NCBI RefSeq assembly: GCF_000143415.4
Contig: NW_003314297.1
Coordinates: 907,430-971,429, forward strand
Reading direction: 5' to 3'
Length of the DNA: 64,000 bases
Source of the DNA: Selaginella moellendorffii
Lineage: Eukaryota > Plantae > Lycopodiophyta
The first letter of the stretch is position 1. Each line of letters starts with the position of its first letter. The notes beneath the pieces are model-generated. The model was not told the origin of the DNA. It ran no database searches and saw nothing but the letters and a program-made list of their open reading frames with translations. Shown piece after piece: positions 60,271-64,000 of this stretch. The translations under genes were made by a program, and so were the position numbers.

Positions 60271-62295
60271 TTACCAATAATCTTGGCACGAGCATTTTCC
60301 ATCGCTAAAGTGATGGAATCTACTCGCATCTCTCACGCTGATCCGCCGCCCCAGTGCCTTGGATGCCAGCTTGATCGTGGAGTGGCAATCGGAGCACACC
60401 CTCAAATTCTTGACGATGGTGAGCGGCGCTCCAGGGCTCGTCCTCGCCACCCCAAGCGCCATGGCCAGCCGCTCGCTGTGGTGCGACAGGATCCTCACCT
60501 TGTCCCCCTCGGCCACGTCATGCATCACCTCCGCGATCTCCGGGGAATGTCCCCCGTGCTTCCCCAGCAGCCGACAGATCCTGTCCACCGCCGCCAAAAC
60601 CTCCTCTCTATCTGGATGCTGCGAGAGATCCCCGGCCACGAATCTGTAAACCCGCCCATCGATCCGGATGGTGCTAGCGCCCGGCTGCTTGGTCAGCCCC
60701 TTCTCGGCCATGAGCTTGCGGATCTTGGCACTCTCTTCGAATCTCCCGGCCTTGGAGTGGAGATTGGCGAGGAGAACGTAGGCCGTGTAGTTCCCGGGGC
60801 TCTGCTCGATCGCCTGCGTCGCGATTCGAGTGCCCAATTCCAGATCCTGCTGGTTGCGGCACGCCGCGATCAAGCTCGCCCAGACGAGATCGTTGGGCAG
60901 GAATGGCATCGAGTTCGCGAGCTCCTCGGCATCGCCCAGCTTGCCAGTTCTTGCCATGATGTCGATCATACAGCAGTAGTGCTCTAGGATCGGGGAGATG
61001 CCGTGATCGGCAACCATAGCAAGGAAGAAGCTCCTCGCGATCTTGACGAGCCCGACGTGGCCGCACGCCCCGAGGACGCTGAGGAAGATGATCTCGTCCG
61101 GCATTGCGCTGCCGTCGAGGATCATCTCCTGGAAGAGCTCCAGCGCGAGCTCGCCATGGCCGCTGTGGGCGAATCCCGCGACGAGCGTCGTCCAGGTGAC
61201 GAGGTTGCGATCCGCGGCGTGGAGGGAGCTGTGGAAGAGCTCCAGCGCCTGATCTACGAGGCCGCCGTGGGCGTAGGCCGCGAGCATCGCGTTTCCAGCC
61301 ACCACGTCTCGCTGCGGCATTCGATGGAAGAGCGCCCCCGCGGATTTCACGTCGGAGTTGCCCGCGGATTGGGAGAAGGCGGCAAGCATCGTCGTCCAGG
61401 CCACCGCGTCGCGGCACGGCATGCGATCGAACACCTCCTTGGCGCGATCCAGTTCGCCGTGGAGAGCCAGCGCCTGGAGCATCGTCGTCCACGAGACGGT
61501 GTCGCGCGATTCCTCCGGCATGGCCGAGAAGAGCACCTCCGCCTCGTCGATCCGCCCGGCCTGCGCGTACACGCCCAGCATCGCCGTGCGCGACACGATC
61601 GTCGGCTCCGGCATTCGATCAAACAGGCGCTTGGACTGGACAGCGTCACCCCTCTCGGCGTTCATCACGATCATCGTGTTCCAGGACACGGCGGTGGCGG
61701 CGGGGATCCTCGCGAACAGGGCCTCGGCTTCGTGAAACACCCCGAGCAAAGCGAATCCACGAATCACGGTCGTCCATGTGATGACATCCCGGCCGTCCAT
61801 CCTCAAGAACAGCTTCATAGCTTCGTTCATATCTCCTCTCTGGGCATACGCCGAGACCATCACGTTCCATATAAATCTATCGCGCTCTGGTACAAGATCA
61901 AACAACTCTCTAGCCTCTGCAACTCGGAGCCTTAATCCCAAGGCGCGTATCATCATCGCACACGGATTTGGATGCCACTGCGGCATCTTGAGAACGAGAC
62001 TGTAACCTTGATCCAGATGCCCGATCTGGGCATGCGCCCCGACGATCGCATTCCAGGAGAAGAGATTTGGGTGATGAATGGCGCGGAAGACCCCGACTGC
62101 GCAATCCAGTGCGGTGCTGCTGCTGCTGCATTTTCCGTAGGCATCGATGAGGTGATTGGCGAGAAAAGTGTCGCGCTGCAGGAGGTGTGCGTCGTGGGCG
62201 ACAATGCTGGCGTGGATTTGCCTCACTTGGGCAGTGTCTTTCCCACAGGACTTGAGGGCCGATGCGATCCCCTGCCGGAAGCTCTCCCAGCTCAT
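60271..62295 (-). CDS. PLS-class pentatricopeptide repeat protein with E and DYW deaminase domains (organellar C-to-U editing factor)
   Basis: 674-aa intronless ORF with PPR repeats, PG box KQPGAS, HSERLA, CSDCH and terminal DYW. Confidence 0.97.
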   Translation of the reverse strand: MSWESFRQGIASALKSCGKDTAQVRQIHASIVAHDAHLLQRDTFLANHLIDAYGKCSSSSTALDCAVGVFRAIHHPNLFSWNAIVGAHAQIGHLDQGYSLVLKMPQWHPNPCAMMIRALGLRLRVAEARELFDLVPERDRFIWNVMVSAYAQRGDMNEAMKLFLRMDGRDVITWTTVIRGFALLGVFHEAEALFARIPAATAVSWNTMIVMNAERGDAVQSKRLFDRMPEPTIVSRTAMLGVYAQAGRIDEAEVLFSAMPEESRDTVSWTTMLQALALHGELDRAKEVFDRMPCRDAVAWTTMLAAFSQSAGNSDVKSAGALFHRMPQRDVVAGNAMLAAYAHGGLVDQALELFHSSLHAADRNLVTWTTLVAGFAHSGHGELALELFQEMILDGSAMPDEIIFLSVLGACGHVGLVKIARSFFLAMVADHGISPILEHYCCMIDIMARTGKLGDAEELANSMPFLPNDLVWASLIAACRNQQDLELGTRIATQAIEQSPGNYTAYVLLANLHSKAGRFEESAKIRKLMAEKGLTKQPGASTIRIDGRVYRFVAGDLSQHPDREEVLAAVDRICRLLGKHGGHSPEIAEVMHDVAEGDKVRILSHHSERLAMALGVARTSPGAPLTIVKNLRVCSDCHSTIKLASKALGRRISVRDASRFHHFSDGKCSCQDYW

Positions 62296-63555
62296 TTCTC
62301 CTTTGCAAGCCTCATCAGAAAGATGTGTTTCTTTACTAAACTCACAGTTTTTCTGAAGACCCCTGGCTTGTTTTGCTTGGAACGCGGACTGAAGATACTG
62401 ATTGCCGTGACGCTATAAACAACTGCTAGGATCACCATGATGCCATGATGTAATAGGATCAAGGATAGTTTTGTACCTTTGTAGAGCCATCAGAAGGCTA
62501 GCTCGCATAGACGTGTTTATGTCTCTTTGGTGACACCAGACGATACAGAGAAGACTAGCATGGCCTCCGCACAAGAAATGGTCATCTATCTTGCTAGCTT
62601 TTTCTTTTCGTTTCGAAAGAAAAGTTTCAAAACCTGGAATGGATTAGAAGGGAAACAGGAGAATTTGTTGCTGAATATTCCATCTGTGAATCAACAATAA
62701 GGGCAAAAGGTGTGAAGCTGTATCGATGAGAATTGATGATATCATTGATGTGGTTTGGCCATGATTTGTATTCCAGGAAGATCACCTCTTTTATTTTGTT
62801 ATTTTTTTCATTTTTTTTTTCTAAACCAACTAATAAAAATACATTGACCACAAGCATACAACAAAGATGAACAAAACTTTTAGCACAACCACAATGGTTG
62901 AGTTTAGATAAACAAATCTTTAGACAGTCATTTATTTGCCTTTTTTTGTTAATTTAAGTTTAATGCATGATTTAATTCAATTTTGTAAGGTGTTTGATTT
63001 AAAAGATGAGTTGAACATTGTGAATTATTTACATTTTTCAAGTTCATTTTCTATTAAAAATGCAAAATTTCTTTTTACATTTTCTGCTATTGCACTCAAA
63101 ATAACTGTTAAAAGTATTAGTTTTGTAAAATTTAAATTTATCAAATTATATTTATGTCTATTAGTTTAATAATAAAACACACAAAATAAAAATCACAGTG
63201 ATAATTCTTTTATACTAAATTCTTTAAGAAAAAAGTAAGATTCCAAATACTTAATTTTTATATTTAAATTTTTAATTACATAAAATAAAAAATTATTAGA
63301 CCCCTTTACCCAAATAATAGGTAAATCCAACCAAAATGGGTTCATGTCATATAGTGTTGGGCCATTTCCTAAGCCGCGTTACACCTAGAAAATTCAAGAT
63401 TTAAAATAATTTTTTCTATTGGACAAAAACTTTAATTTTATTCTTCACTTTATTTTTTTTAAAGATGTAACTAAATATTTTTGTGCAAAAGTATTATATG
63501 CTAAATAATCAATTGATTGAAAAATTTGTATACTCATATTATCATTACTCCACAC

Positions 63556-64000
63556 TGTAAGTGCTTGAAATATGGAAAGGGAATACAAAAATGTGCATAT
63601 CAATTAGCCCAAAAACCCTAACTTATATATAAGAGCGAGTGGTCCAGATTGAAACCAATCCGACAGCTGCCAAAATCCCACTACGCTAATATTAGTATAC
63701 GGCATTGTAGCTGTACACTTGGCCCTCACATCATCCCCCCCTCTCAGAATAATGGAAGACCATCAGAGTTCTCTTGTAGACAGGCTGGGATCTGGAGGAA
63801 CATCAGGAGGGGGCATCGGCGGATCTGTAGGTGGTATTAACTGCTCCTGATCCCTTTGTATGAAGCATTTCAACTGCTACACATGCAAAATCTCTGAAGG
63901 ATCGGCCTGCTGGACGTTATGCTGAACCTTATAAACTTGTGGTCCAACTTGCCGCAACACCCGATATGGTCCTTTCCACTGTGCAAGGAGCCCTTTAGAT
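63556..64000 (-). mobile_element. Second copy of the 175-bp-LTR gypsy family (3' LTR 63556-63730 plus integrase end), running off the window
   Basis: Collinear with 3074-~3520. Confidence 0.95.

Overview
Plant nuclear DNA, most likely the lycophyte Selaginella. This is inferred from introns of mostly 50-90 nt, genes 70-200 bp apart, an intronless PLS-DYW PPR gene and a flagellar enkurin gene. Bases 1-49.4 kb are mainly a nest of LTR retroelements. They include a 5-kb Ty3/gypsy element (3074-8070, 175-bp LTRs, tRNA-Ala-type PBS) with a second copy entering at 63556. There are also two non-coding LARD-like families (A and B), a solo LTR inside an LTR of its own family, an 834-bp TRIM, Cassandra-like elements with 5S rRNA promoter boxes, and older gag/pol relics. 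One intact gene lies in this zone: a secreted, multi-repeat potato type II (Pin-II)-like proteinase inhibitor (10017-10863). Bases 50.5-62.3 kb are a compact gene island: GH27 alpha-galactosidase, homocysteine S-methyltransferase, hyccin/FAM126, membrane-anchored GH9 endoglucanase, enkurin, tRNA-Leu(AAG) and PPR-DYW. The most notable signals are four: (1) a -1 ribosomal frameshift cassette (G_GGA_AAC plus H-type pseudoknot) at the gag-pol junction of the gypsy element; (2) 5S-containing Cassandra-like elements, with an empty-site paralog inside the window; (3) the multi-repeat Pin-II-like gene; (4) a hairpin cluster with tRNA T-loop-like loops inside a non-coding LTR element. All alignments were made by eye and no database searches were run.
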